DNA of 61,922 nt, filler included, from Choristocarpus tenellus KU-1152 (GCA_964200185.2; 6 parts of 6 records of this genome joined end to end with filler, not necessarily neighbours in it), one strand, 5' to 3'. Shown: positions 10,501 through 23,329, numbered from the whole stretch's first letter. Made by a program: numbers and translations. The notes: generated by a model from the sequence alone, not told the origin.

Positions 10501-13500
10501 ATGAGTCGACAAAGAATTTGACTTTATCTCTTACATTTTCCTCACACAACAAAGGTAGAATCTCGTTTCATGTTCTTCTTAAGGTGTCGCCTCCCTCTTC
10601 AGGCTCGGAGTTCACACTCTACTGTAAGTGTGTTTATCTCTATTCACAACTGGATGGGATATATTCAGAGTTTATATCATCCACGAACTTCTCTACTTGG
10701 TAACAAGACTCTACTCCGAGAATTCATCCCTATCCTGCGTCTCACAGCACTCAATAGTATGTGATCCTTCTACAACAGTCAATCAGTCAATTCACACAGC
10801 ACATATCGCGAGATCTATCACAGTGAATTGCAACAGTTCTTCAGTGCACTGGGTCACCTCTTCGACTATAGGTCATGAAGCCTCTACACAGAGGACTTCA
10901 TGAGACGCAACGATTCATGTGAGTCTCACATGAGTTGGCTTCCGCATACTCTCGCAAATATATCACATTTTCAGACTATGCCATAACATCAGCTAGTCTC
11001 GAGTCCTGTAGATTTGGAGTACAAGAGAAACCCAATACATCTTGCCCCTGAACGCTGATTCGATAAGCCATTTTCTCGTCCTAGATTCACAACAAAGAAT
11101 TTATATAGTCGTTCAAGCACGTTACCCGTCTGCACCACAAGTGCCCCACTTCGTCACCAATAAACAATCGTACAAACGAAGAAATTTCGTCTATGGAATG
11201 TCTACTTTATACGTAAGACAATGGCTTCTATTCTCAATTAATTGCTTGTACCGAAGGAGCCAAAAGGACGTATGTAACCACTGTGGTTCTTCTCGCATAC
11301 AACTTGTTTAGGCTCCTTGCTCACTTTGTTAAGATTATATTTTCCAAATTTGGAATGCAGACCTTGACGACGGTTTGCTGGGTGGTGGGAGTTGGAAGTT
11401 ACTGAAGTTATAAATTAAAGCTAGAAATGGGCAGGTCACAAACGTAAGTTGAGTGCATTTCTACTAGGCCAAAACAAACACGAGTAAAATTTAGAAACCA
11501 AAACTCCTCTACTTCCAAGATGTAGAACCTATTTCTGATACGCGTGTTTGACACGCCCGTTCCCCACTATTCTTCTGATTGATACATTAATGATTATTAT
11601 ATTCACTTCAATCTTTGGAATATCCCAACCTGTGGTCAGAGGAACTTCACACACCACTACTTCTCAAGTTGCGTTTCGATCATCCTAACAAAACCAAAAC
11701 ACCACTCTCTTGGACGATATAAGCAAAATGACAACCCTCGAAACTGGTCATTGATATACACTATTGCAACTCACCTCATGTATTGCACATCAAGGTAACT
11801 ATTTCTTGTCCTGCATTCAACACATATTACACCATTCAGCAGCTTGTCGTACCTTACGTAACACGTTTTCAGTACCACTCACGGTCATAATTGCGAAATC
11901 GAACTCTTCAACACATCGCATATATAGTGTTTCAACAACATGGACTCCAAAAACGCGCCCACAATCAGCTAAGGAAGAAAAGAAGGCAAGGAAATAATCA
12001 TGGCGCCTTAACCTTGATGCCGAAACGAAGAAGAGGTTGTTTCAATGTTATGTTTCATGTCTTTCACTCACATTTGGAAAAAGTGTCTTGTATTGAGTGC
12101 AACTTGATATTTACGATTCAAGATTTGAAGATGGTATGATGAGAAACAACAACAAAGGGACAAGTGCATTTACTGATTCTATAATTGGTGTCTAATTTTG
12201 TGACCCTTTTGAGAGATGACGGACTCAACTCCATCTGGAAGGTGGGTCAACCATCTCTACCTTGTTTCCATTCAGAACAAAAGTGATGATGAAAACACTA
12301 ACAAAAAGGTTCACTACCAACACCGACAACAGTGCGTGCACTTCGCTAGAATTATATCCTCCCACAGGAAGAACCAGGGTCGGGGGTGGTCAACAACGGG
12401 TTCCTGGTGCAGAGAGTAGACCCTGTTGGACATACCAATACTAGCAATCCGCCAAGGACAACCCTACTGTGGTTACGAAATCGTTTTTGATTTGGTCGCA
12501 AAGTGTACACAATGCAAGGATAGTAAACATTCTCTCTCCACCAATAGAAAATACTAGAATTATCAGTAATATTATAGACCAATCAAAACCTTGTATAAAT
12601 TGAGAAAAGGGCATGTTTTGAGGGATGTATATATATATTGATATATATATATAGTTCTTGGTGTGGAACTGGAGAGGTTAAGGTGGACTGATTCTGATAC
12701 AAAACCAAGAATCAAATTTGTACCAGTTGACAGAAGTACGCTGGACTCTTAGGAAGATCTTGAACTACAAAAATCGTACGAAGATAGTCGAGTCGAAGAG
12801 TACTAGAGAAGTTGATATCTACAACGTAGAACCAAGGTTTTCAGCGTACAGTTTCGATATATTCGAACACAAGTACATTTGTCAGGCATGGATGGACTAC
12901 ACCATCGATCTCCTGCCATATTCGTAAACAAAACCCCTTGACATTCGTGAACTCACTCGCTGGCAAGTGTACTAACTCAACTGTACCGACTATTTTTTAA
13001 ATAACGACTTGACAGGTCAAGGAAGTGCGAATATTTTCGATGTTGACTGAAGTTATCACAGACAGGGCAAGCGAAAAATCACTAACCTTACTCAAGATTG
13101 ATTAGATCATTTGTTGGACAGCAAATGCTACACTCACCACCATTCGGGTCGGCTTTTAGCGTTCCAACCACCAGCTCTATTTCCTTCTTGTCCCCAAACG
13201 CATCAACTCCAACCATAGTGTCCTCTGGTTCCACTTCCTCAGGGAAATGTCCCACGTTGATGACCTTTCCCGACTTTGAAATGTGATCACTCGAATTGAT
13301 AGTGGAGCCAAACATTCCACTTTGCTGTTTGTACGACTTGTTTAGAGCGAGCCTCTCAGACATTGCTGAGGTAAGGGTGAAGCGATGCCCTGACCAGTTA
13401 ACGTCCGTCGTGATAGGCAACTCGATTGATGCCTTACCCTGCTTGTTTTCGAAATTTTGGTTATTCTGGTTAGTAGTTGGCAGGGGTTGTTACCAATCGT

Positions 13501-14676
13501 CGGGTGCGGTGTATGTGCCCGGATTCCGCACAGGTACAATCTTGGGAGCGTTTAGTGAGATAGGAGGCTGAATGCGACAAGGAAGTATTGTTCGTTCTTG
13601 CATGAACATCCTGAGAACGTTGCTATCTACTACTCCTAACTGAGGATACCTACCATGGAAGCACTTGATATTCCCGTGTTTCGGAGCTTTGTTTCGAGTT
13701 TCTTGTCCTCAGATGAAGGTCCTCCATGGATGCCTTGTGTGGGTATCAGGACCGGACTTTGCTGCCTCCGTAATAGTTGGAATGTGAGCTGAGCAGGTGG
13801 TGAATGGGTGTGGCATCTCCCCCCTCCACCTGCAGGTGGACAAGTATGATCGACGGCCGTGGAAAGGTTAGGGATGTGGAAAGAGCAGGGGCGACGGACA
13901 ATGGCTCTGTCACATATGCGCATACCAAGAACACCAAGGGTGTATCTATCGTATTCGAAACGAACATTGTTTCTAGCAACCTAGTGTCAAAACATTCGGT
14001 ATTGTTGTGCGACAAGGTCAGGTGAGAGGCCATGCATCTTGTACACCGTAGTCTCTTGTCACGTACAGCATGGAAGATCAGTAGATACTACACTAGTGGA
14101 AAAATCCATCAATCTTTCAAGACCATGAGAAGAAACATGCAAAAGACTCACGATTGGGGAGGAACACCAACAGGTTACTGGACGCTCAGTGCGGTGGGTG
14201 ATACTGAACCAATGGGGGACTATATAGTGCCCCAGTGTACATGCCACCTCCACTAGAAGAGTTGAGCAAAAGTACATCTATGACACTTCGGAGAGATATA
14301 GAGTAGCAGCCTTAGCACGACAAATTGAATTCTTGGTGTGGATTAGGACAGGGTGGCTGGTGACGCAAAGTATCTCGGGGGGGGAGAGGGGTCTACACCA
14401 GGATGTCCATTTTGCACCAAAATCAGGAAAAGTGCATTTACATTTTCCATCCGATGTATGCAACCAAATAGCCAATAATTGCGATATGAAATAATTGACC
14501 CCAAATGGACAGCCACCACCCCCCCCCCCAAATACTTTGAGCCTGGTTGCACCATCTTTTTTCGCTTCGGGGATCATCACTCCTGAGCCAGTAGATATCG
14601 CAGATTGTTTTGGGAATAGAGGTTTGCTTCCACAGCATCAGCATGTAGTTCTCGTCCAGTGTAATGCAAATATCCT
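5431..14676 (-). CDS. Ferric reductase/NADPH oxidase-like protein, FAD- and NAD(P)H-binding C-terminal half (multi-exon, possibly a pseudogene)
   Basis: GT-AG exons about 14676-14553 (DIYWL), 13829-about 13655 (WRGEMPHPFTTCS), 13567-13138, 10024-9952, 9272-9075 (WDIMAIIRVQ), 7094-6911 (STYGPYRS), 6551-6345 (VIGTGAGAG), 5922-5860 (MGRLNMK), 5556-5431 (EVYFCGAG, stop). Phases are consistent from the 13567 exon onward. Motif order HPFT, IR, GPY, GxGxG, GR, FCG is that of NOX/FRO enzymes. In-frame stops at 13711-13709 and 13492-13490; transmembrane exons not found. Confidence 0.75.
9439..9500 (+). repeat. 14-bp tandem repeat (ATAATACATCATTC) about 4 copies, intronic
   Basis: Directly visible. 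Confidence 0.85.
14362..14543 (-). mobile_element. MITE family B (GGC...GCC ends, G/C-run subterminal, 4-bp TSD)
   Basis: GACGCAAAGTATCT...AATACTTTGAGCC with perfect TGGT duplication at 14358-14361 and 14544-14547; homologous to copies at 35375, 49283, 50661, 53325. Confidence 0.85.
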
Positions 14677-15125
14677 CTTATGATTTCATCCTGGTGATAG
14701 GTTTACGGAATGGAGTGGGTACCTCACAACATCTGCTACATCGGGGTGGCTCGCACTCTCCTCATTGCAATTGCCACAATCTCAATTCAACTGTCCCTTT
14801 CACTGCCCCAGCCCTACAAGATCTGCGTATGACACTCTTTACGATGGTTTAGTTTGAACTACAGGAGTGCATCCCCATCTCTGAGTCCGGTGTGGCCAGT
14901 AAACAGGCTCAGAGCAACATTACAACCATTGGCGCACACCGATCATCAATATTGGGCAATGGCAATATATCAAATACCCAATGAATGCATATTCCTCCAA
15001 GACCTTGTGTGCATTCAGTCCACCTCAGCTTCACACCTTCAATATCACAACAAAGAGAGCTCTGAGGATTGCCAGACACAACAGAAATATTATGTCGTGG
15101 TGGTATGTGTTGGAGGAGCAGCAGA

Positions 15126-15383
15126 GAGTGAAATTTTCTTAGAGGATACGAATTTTGTCCTGTATATCCATTTGGGACTTGGCTTCCCACAGGTGTTTTA
15201 TGACATTTTCCTACTCCGATATGTTTCGGAGTAGGTAAAATTTGCACGTTATGAAAAGGTGTGTCCGGAACAAGGATATGGACACTTCTTCAAAAACATG
15301 ATAGTCAAAATTACATCAAAATCGGAACATTGGAATTTGACCCCGAAATGGACGCGGCTCTACCCTCTAAGATACTTTGGCTC
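15126..15383 (-). mobile_element. MITE family A, full copy (258 bp)
   Basis: GAGTGAAA...GATACTTTGGCTC with perfect CAGA TSD at 15122-15125 and 15384-15387. Confidence 0.9.
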
Positions 15384-15657
15384 CAGATTGTTGTTTCTAC
15401 AAAATAATGTTGCCCCGTTATTTTCAATAGGGCACCTACTCTACATTGGGATTGCATCGGATCAAGGAATATGTACAGTTCCCAGGCCTAGCATGTAACC
15501 TTGACCTAGACTCTTGACTAATTGATAGCTCACGTCCTTCACGATATGAAGGTCAAATGACATATCATATATCCAGTCAATACTATTTTTCATTTCCGAC
15601 AACACACACGAAACTTAGTCGATGGAGGTTGGGCACTATCGCATGAGAGATCTTGCC

Positions 15658-15757
15658 NNNNNNNNNNNNNNNNNNNNNNNNNNNNNNNNNNNNNNNNNNN
15701 NTTAATTAATTAANNNNNNNNNNNNNNNNNNNNNNNNNNNNNNNNNNNNNNNNNNNN
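15658..15757. other. Artificial contig linker (N-run/TTAATTAATTAA/N-run, 100 nt)
   Basis: The same six-frame-stop linker recurs at 35558-35657, 42881-42980, 54809-54908 and 58239-58338. Confidence 0.97.
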
Positions 15758-15891
15758 CCAAAACGCTTGTGATGCGGACTCTAATGTGCACATGGAGGCT
15801 GGTCAAGCCCGTGGTAAAAACGTGGGATTTGGAGGGCACTCCAAATCACCCAATCTTACTTCAAGCAGATGTTACCTTCAACATACAAAAA

Positions 15892-16149
15892 GAGTGAAAG
15901 TATCTTAGAGGGTACGGGTTTTGGCCTGTTTGTCCATTTGGGGCGTGGCTTCCCATGGGTTCTTTTTTGACATTTTCTTACTTCAAAATGTTTAGGAGTA
16001 GGTAAAATATGTATCTTATTATAAGGTGTGTCCAGAACATGGATATTGACACTTCCTAACAAACACAAAAGCCAAAATAATATCAATATCGCAACATTGG
16101 ATTTTGGCCCGAAATTGACGCGGCCTTACCCTCTAAGATACTTTGGCTC
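15892..16149 (-). mobile_element. MITE family A, full copy (258 bp)
   Basis: GAGTGAAAGTATCTTAGAGGGTA...TACCCTCTAAGATACTTTGGCTC; flanks AAAA/AATA (TSD with one mismatch). Confidence 0.9.
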
Positions 16150-16175
16150 AATAACAACAAAAGTAACATGAATAT

Positions 16176-16257
16176 CATGACGTTCAAGATTGGTCACCTT
16201 CGGGGTATACCTTCTACATGATGTTCAAGATAGGTTACCTTCAGGGTATACCTTCTG
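16176..16257 (+). repeat. 41-bp tandem duplication
   Basis: CATGACGTTCAAGATTGGTCACCTTCGGGGTATACCTTCTA followed by CATGATGTTCAAGATAGGTTACCTTCAGGGTATACCTTCTG. Confidence 0.85.
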
Positions 16258-16421
16258 TGGAATATGGCTCTCACAATCTCTGTTTTTGGACATCCAAATA
16301 ATAATAATGTAACAAAGTATAATAATATATTCCGCGCGCTTTTTCCGCGACTGATGGTCCAACTACTATTATCACTCTAATATTGTAGTGGAGAACACCT
16401 GTGGGAAAACGTTGTGTGAAG

Positions 16422-19226
16422 ATGAGGGGGACGAGCACGAAGGCAGGGCTTTGGCTACTGGCTCTGGTCCTGGTGGGATGTGCTAGCCTTAGTAATGCAC
16501 TGTGCTCCCCTTCAAATCGATTTTCGTTGTCAACAGGCACCACCACCGCCAGGTTGATTTGCTTGCAATGGTCATGTTGTTTGACTATGTCACTTGGTCG
16601 ATGTTTTACTTGAAACGAAGAAAAGGTGGACAAGGTAGACAAGGTAGAATTCAGGTTGATGATATTCTTGTGGACGTGGATACATAGTTACGCACGTTAC
16701 AAATATACCTTCCTTTAGGAAAAGATAGGAGTTGAGGCCTGTAACCTGTAGACGAAGAGTACTTCTCAAGATTCGTTTTTCCCACATTCAGGCGAGGGAT
16801 TGTCGGATGGCGGGGAGGTGGAGATATTTTTGGCAATGGAGGATCCTCTTCCCAGCAGCCCCTTATGAGTCTGAAGCTGGGCTTGGTTCGTGTGGCTGGT
16901 TATGGGATCATCGCAGGATCTCTCAGTCTGAAGGTGCAATTACCAAGAAAACATCATTCTGTATGCCTCAACTTGTGGTTGAGCTACGTACTTCTCTGTG
17001 GGATATCATCCTCTCTCTGCAACACCTGTTTTGTTATTATTGAATCAGTTGGTCTCATCATGGTACATTGTGTCATCACCAACCAAGAACTCTACTCTTC
17101 ACGCACTCTGCCCCCACCCTGTCCCCTACCACACAAAGTACTGTCAAGCTCTTTTCTTCCTTTTCTTTGCTCCTTCGATACTGTGCTTCCCACCGACTGA
17201 TCCAGGATCCCCATACTCTTCTTCCTAGGCACCTCAAATCGCTCGTGTGTGGAACAGTCGATCGGTGCTCGGACTTTCACCTGCTAGTATTTATGCTGAC
17301 GTCCTCCTGTTCACCAGCGGTGTTCTTTATCACGCCCTCAAAAGGAACCCATTCAGAGCATATGGAGAAACTATCATTGTTCTGATTCAAACCATCACTA
17401 TGGTAGGACTCCTCTGGGCCTTCGAGGGAAATAGTAGTGAGGGGACCGGAGCAGGTGATGGTGAGGGAACGAAAGCAGCACAAAGTGGTATGTGGAATGG
17501 TGCGGGCGGTAGGGTGAGACGCAATCTGGCCATTGTGACTGCTTACGCAGCTTTGGTGGCTGGATCGATTGCTTTCTTGCCTCCATCAGCCTGGGGGCTT
17601 CTGGTGTTCGTAGCCACACCATTTATTCTGGGAGTGCACGTTCCACAGATCTGGCAGAACTTTCAGCAGGGACACACAGGAGAGTTGGCAGTGACTACGG
17701 TGTTCTTGTCATTCCTTGGCTCGAGCGTACGCATTGGCACCACCATAGCGGTGAGGAGAAATTGATAGTATGGTATGTGTATCAAATTAGTTCGATTAAC
17801 AACTACTACATGCGTCGAATTTTCGTAGTACCGTTCATGCCGGTGTATATCTACCGTGTACGTACGCGAACATGCACATGAAGATCTGTTGTACCAGCTC
17901 TATAGATCGATTACAATGAACCTTTTAGGCATAGGCTATGGTGATTTGAGCGATATGTTGGTTACTTAAAAAGGGGAAGGGATACCTCAGCTATAGTATG
18001 AGCAGTAGATCTTTTTAGCCTTGAGTCAAATTCATACGGCATATTTGTTTTCTCGAATTTTGTCTGAAGGGGTGGACTCCCTTGTTTTTGTGGTGTGCCA
18101 GTTGCGAGTCCTCAAAGTGAAGGCCTTCTGCAGCATATAATGGCGAACAACTCCATGTCATGTTGGTACTTCCAGAGGACAGTGACAAGTGTCAAGCCAA
18201 CAATACTCCAAACAATACTCCAAAGATAATGTCTGTAACAAAGATAATATTTAAGTATTGAGTATGTTAATTGACCCTGTACTCCCCTGGCCGTGACCCC
18301 ATGAGTCAGACCATAAGTAAGCCTGCGCAATATCATTGGGCAATCCTGGCATAACTCCAAGGCCTTGTAGCTGTAGCATGACTTGCATTGTAAGGGTCCT
18401 ACTTTACCTACTTCTCTGGTACTTTCTTTGCCGAGTCCATGTATGACGACATTTGATCTCATCAACATACAACATATACTGGAGCAGTAGCTTCCTGTTT
18501 TCCAGGGATTCATTTTCCCATCTCAACCTGATACATCATTCGAGATTTCCATTTGAATATGGGAAAGAGCATCCTTCCTCCCCCCCCTCCCTGAAATCGC
18601 CAATGTTCTGCTCTATTCGTACAAACCGTAACCCCTACTTGGAATGAACATGACGACAGTAATATACTCCGGAATACAGGATACTGTAGTGTGTTTCTAT
18701 TGTCTTGGATGGCGCTAAGATTGAGAGGGCATCTTGAGTTGCGCCGGAAGCAACTTTTACACCAATGGAATAGCCTACTTGCAGGTAGTGATCAACACCC
18801 AGCCAATGGAATGCGTTCGCTTACCGTGCAACCCTAACCCTAACCCCGAAATCAAAATCTCATCACCTCTCTCTCCTTGGCCTTGAATAGGACCTCGGCG
18901 CAGATCCCTGGCTTCTGATGAACTATTCCATTGGTGCGATACTCAATGGTATTCAGTTGGTACAGATTTGGTTGACACGTGAGCAGACAGCTAAAGCAAG
19001 ACAAGCCTTTGCTGACGCTTTGGGAGGGGGGGTAGAGGTAAACGGAGAAGGAGTGTCGAACATGGTGTCGGCCTCGGAGGTGGCTAGTGGTACAACTGTG
19101 GTGGGGTCTGTGAGGGCAGGGGCGGATACTGGAGTGGCTACAGGGATAGAGGATACTGGAGTAGTGACTGATAAAAAGGACATTAATGTGCCATCTGCTG
19201 GGGGAGATAGTGCCCCTGCCTGCTAA
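16422..19226 (+). CDS. MPDU1: PQ-loop repeat protein, MPDU1/Lec35-like, with N-terminal signal/transit-like extension
   Basis: Exons 16422-16552, 16792-16933, 17229-17750, 18891-19226, all GT-AG and phase-consistent: GYGIIAGSLSLK/APQIARVWNSRSVLGLS..PFRAYGE..VPQIWQNFQQGHTGELA..GSSVRIGTTIA/DLGADPWLL..LNGIQLVQI. Two PQ loops; orthology to MPDU1 not tested. Confidence 0.88.
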
Positions 19227-22200
19227 AGGCTGGACCTTTCGATGGTGGGGTAGGTGTATGTCAAGGTCAACTGGTTGTGTCGTGATTTTGGGGTGTGGGT
19301 CAATAGGTTTGTGGAACTTCTTGTAGTCTACAAGCAGAAGGCACTTCATAGGGGTTCTTTGACTCCAAGTACCGAACATTTCTGTGCTTGTACTTCTTGA
19401 AGACTTGGTTAGGGTTAGGGTTAGGGTTAGGGTTAGGACTGTGACCTTTACCCTGGACCTGTTATGTAGGCCTGATCTTTGTTTAGGCCCTGCCCGCCTT
19501 GAAGTTTGACTGACGCCTCGCAAGGAAGTGCTGCGAGGTTTTAACTCTAGTTTTTTCATTTGTTTGCAGATAATAATAAAATTGTTTGATTTGTAGTGAG
19601 TGCAGGGGTGGCGTTAGGACCTGGAGTGAGTTGGACATCTCTGACCTTTCCCTCGATAGATATGTCCCCTGCTCCCCCATACCAGGTCTGAATAATGATG
19701 TAAACACCCTGCTGCAATCTGCGCAAGGTTAGTCAGGACGTAGCTGGGAAGAGGGGTGGATGCGAGGGGGAGGCAATGGGTTAACCCTAACCCTAACCCT
19801 AAGCTTGTCTAAATTTGTCAAACTTCTTAAGTGCTCTTGTTTTCTGTCTCAAGATGTTGGTGTTGCTTGGTGTAGGTGTAGTACTAGCATCGAGTTGTAG
19901 CTACAATATTTTCAAGTGAGGCAGTTAGACAGAAGTGGCTCTCTATTACCTGTCGAATGAAGTGAGTTTCATTCATGAGTGGAATGGTGTTTTTTTTTTT
20001 TTTCCTTGTGATTTTTTTTTTGTATTGAAAAGAGAGGTACAGGAGGGAGGGGGACAAACATATGTTTTGAACATGTGTTTTAATGCATAGTTTGTGTCCG
20101 TTTTTATTAAATTTTTTGTAACGTTTTTTGTGAAAAATTCAGAATAGACTGGTACTAGTGCACTTTTGTTTGCTGAGTTGGAGCAAAACCTGATAATTTG
20201 AACCTGCAGCATAATTCAATGATTCACTCTGTTTTGAAGTCATCGTTGGGCTCTGTGAGTACCATCTTTTGTTGTACATTTCGTTGCAAAACTTTGTGGG
20301 AATGTTTGATTGTTTACTTTTTTTGTGCAAATTACGACCGACCCTTCTCTTTAGTTGTTGAGATCCTGCTATCAAATAGTTTCTTGGTTTTCTTTCATGT
20401 GTTGGACTGATGCAGTTTTAGCTTATAACTTGATTTTTATTTTTTGTCCTACCACCCACCTTCAGTTGCAGTGCAATCTGGTATGCAGGCATGCTTCATA
20501 CTACTGTGGAGCAATACTACTATAAAAATAAAATAATTGATGAAGACACTAGCGAACGCTTTTTTTTTTTTTAAATGTCTGGAGCATGAATACGATTTAT
20601 AGACAGCTTGTCACTATTGGAGAAAAATAACTGAGATCACTGCATTCTACAGTGTAACGTACAGCCTCCAGCACTTCTGGATGATAGCAAATATACTACT
20701 TATCACTCTAGGTGGAATGGAATAACCGTGAAAGAGATTGGTGATATGAACTGTCAAACATATATACCATCATTGGTATATAGGTGTTTTTGTGATGTAC
20801 CTTTAGATGTCATACTGCTCCACTTATCTCTTCAGTATCTAATTGGGGGGAATCTCCGATTTGCCTTTATTGTCGACCTGACGATTTTTTGGTTGCATTT
20901 GCTGCTATGGGTTCGCAAAAAAAGCTTGGTGTTTTTCATGGTGTTTTACCTGGTGTTTTACCTGTTCCAAGTCTTCTTTCCATGCCTTCAGGTGCTCAAT
21001 GAATTGATTGCATAGTACCGCCATTGCACTTGGTCTAAGCTCATGATGTGACCTTGATGCAGGGTGGCCGTTACAGTGTGAGACTCTTGTCTTGATGTTA
21101 TTGCACGTCAGCATCAAATACCAGCCAGGCTGGGTAGGGGGTCCACCAATCACTATCTGTGATGAACAGATTGAACGGACTGGAGCAGGAAACTGGGAGG
21201 TGGCTATTCCCACCACAAGAGCCAATGGGTCCTCTTTCCAAACAGAAACGATGTAAGCACAGAAATCGTTCAGTCAGAACTGCAATGTGAAGCTGCGGCA
21301 CCAATTGGAGCATCGGAGAAAGAGACAGAGTTGGCGGTTGTCCAAGAGGAAAGCCTCGCAAATACACCATACTGTAGATTGGTCCGTCCATTGTGTCTTC
21401 TCCTGTCCACTTCAGGTACAGGCACTTACTTTGGCAACAGAAGAAGCACTGATATGTTGTTAGCTGTTAGGGTACTTCACAGGAGATAAAACATACAACA
21501 TTGCATGTTGTTTCCAAGAAGTTCGTATGTATGTGGTGCGTGCGTAATGCCCGAGAGGAGGAATACAATAACTTTTACTGTATAGAACTGCAGCAGCAAG
21601 GGGTTGGTAGGATGCTAGATACCTCTCTATATTTTATTGCATTGCTGTTTTTTATTGTGTCTTATGTCATTGACATATTGATAGTATGAATGCAATGCCT
21701 TCTAACCCAATTGAAATATATTGTGTGCAGTAGTAAGACATGGGATAGAGATCCTGTTATTATTGTTGATACGCACACGTATACATTTGCGTAGACTTGT
21801 AGCATGTAGGTACGCCGTTGGACTTTAGAGGAGGAATTTATTTTTGTAACATTTTAGGTTCTACAAGAAGGGTTACTCAACTACTACCACGAAGAAAATA
21901 TAACATCTAACAGTACTATTTTTATTTTTATTATTTTTTTCAACTTTCCCTATTAGTTTGCATGATTTCACAAACGAGATAGGAAAGGTAATCCAAAGAA
22001 GGCAACGAACAATTCTTGAGAAAAGTCAACAAGAACCACTAAAAAAAGCTGTCGCAGTGGAAAAAGAAAAGAAGGAATAAAAAAGAGAAGAAAAGAAGAC
22101 GAAAAGAAAAGAACAAAAGAAATGAAATGGAAGCCAAAAAAATCAACCGAACAAGAGAATATACTTGACAAAAACAGCATTCAACACACAGTGACAGAGT

Positions 22201-23329
22201 CGGTGACTTGGGCGATCTAGTCACTGGTTTGGTATGATGTACGTCAGGCGTCACTCATTTCTTGGCGTGCCATGAAGCTTGTCATACCGTTGAAGTGCAC
22301 AGGGGAACCCCCTCACTTCTTCAAACGAAGCTTAAGGTTATTCTTAACACACAGGTCAGGATTACGGTTTCAAAAACATGAATGACAGAGTGAAAAGTGG
22401 TGGATCCTTGAGAGGTAATGGTTCTCCAGTGCACACTGTACTGTTGCACCACCTCTTCTAGAATATTCCCTTGACTGGTCGGGGATATTTTTCACATGCT
22501 ATTTAGGATCAGTGCCCTTATCGTTCCAACCCTCAATCAACAGCCATCCCAAACTTCTTGCTCAAGGTCATGTTGGGGGCATCTCCACCAGTTCTTCTCC
22601 CACCCACTTCCCTTCCGTTTCCCTCCTGCAAGTTCCCCAAATATCAAGAATACCTTGAAACAAGTTTATATCGCTCTATTTTTTTTTTTTCGGACAAGAG
22701 CAGTACAGCCGTCGTCATCATAGGCATTCGCAATGATCAACATCTCCGATTTTTTTCTGGACTCGGCTAGTGAACGACTCACAAAAGCATTATCATGTAG
22801 TCAGTGGGAAGGACAACATAGTTAGGAGGTACGAGTGACATGAAACTCTCTCTTACGTTGACAATGCAATAACCAGCAACTACTCTCGACAAATCCAATG
22901 GCCTTGGTGTCAAACTCCTAACAGGATGATACATAGATATATATATAGCTGAGAAGTACGTACAACAAGAAGACTCACTTAAACAGAGGAGGCAAGCAAC
23001 ATTATAGTATTTGTTTCATTATCCCTCCACCCAATGTTGAGGAAGTTAGGTGTAGATGCACATGATCCACAACCATACCCCTCCAAATAAATGAACCCTA
23101 ACAAAATATAGATGCCACACGCCTTTTCTTGGAAGTGACCGTTAACCAATTCAGGGAGACCCCGATTTCTGTCGGCTGAACAAAATTGGAGATGAATGGG
23201 ACGGTATGGCAGTATGAACTTGATTGCTGACATTGCAAGGTACAACCAAAATAAAGAATGAAGTCTGAAGCAAGCGAATGATAGGACTCGACCAAGAACC
23301 ACAACAAGGACAAACATGCCAATATTTCC

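Noticed and set aside
10080-13060. Faint Copia integrase/RNase H-like words in NOX-gene introns (for example YTSQQQR, LIVVDC)
   Set aside because: Too degraded to set boundaries or family by eye; probably old LTR relics.
13490-13711. Stop-codon reassignment or selenocysteine readthrough in the NOX-like gene
   Set aside because: The two stops differ (TGA and TAA), other genes in the window use the standard code, and no SECIS was recognised; decay, alternative splicing or sequence error is simpler.
15658-15757. Recurrent TTAATTAATTAA palindrome within N-runs (five times)
   Set aside because: Artificial six-frame-stop linker between contigs; adjacency across these points has no biological meaning.
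18852-19559. 235-aa minus-strand ORF
   Set aside because: Antisense to the last PQ-loop exon and 3' region and includes a telomeric LTLT run; no recognisable domain.
20900-23200. Possible Ty3/Gypsy integrase relic (FIWRGMVVDHV) and other decayed ORFs
   Set aside because: One weak motif with many stops; not supportable without a search.
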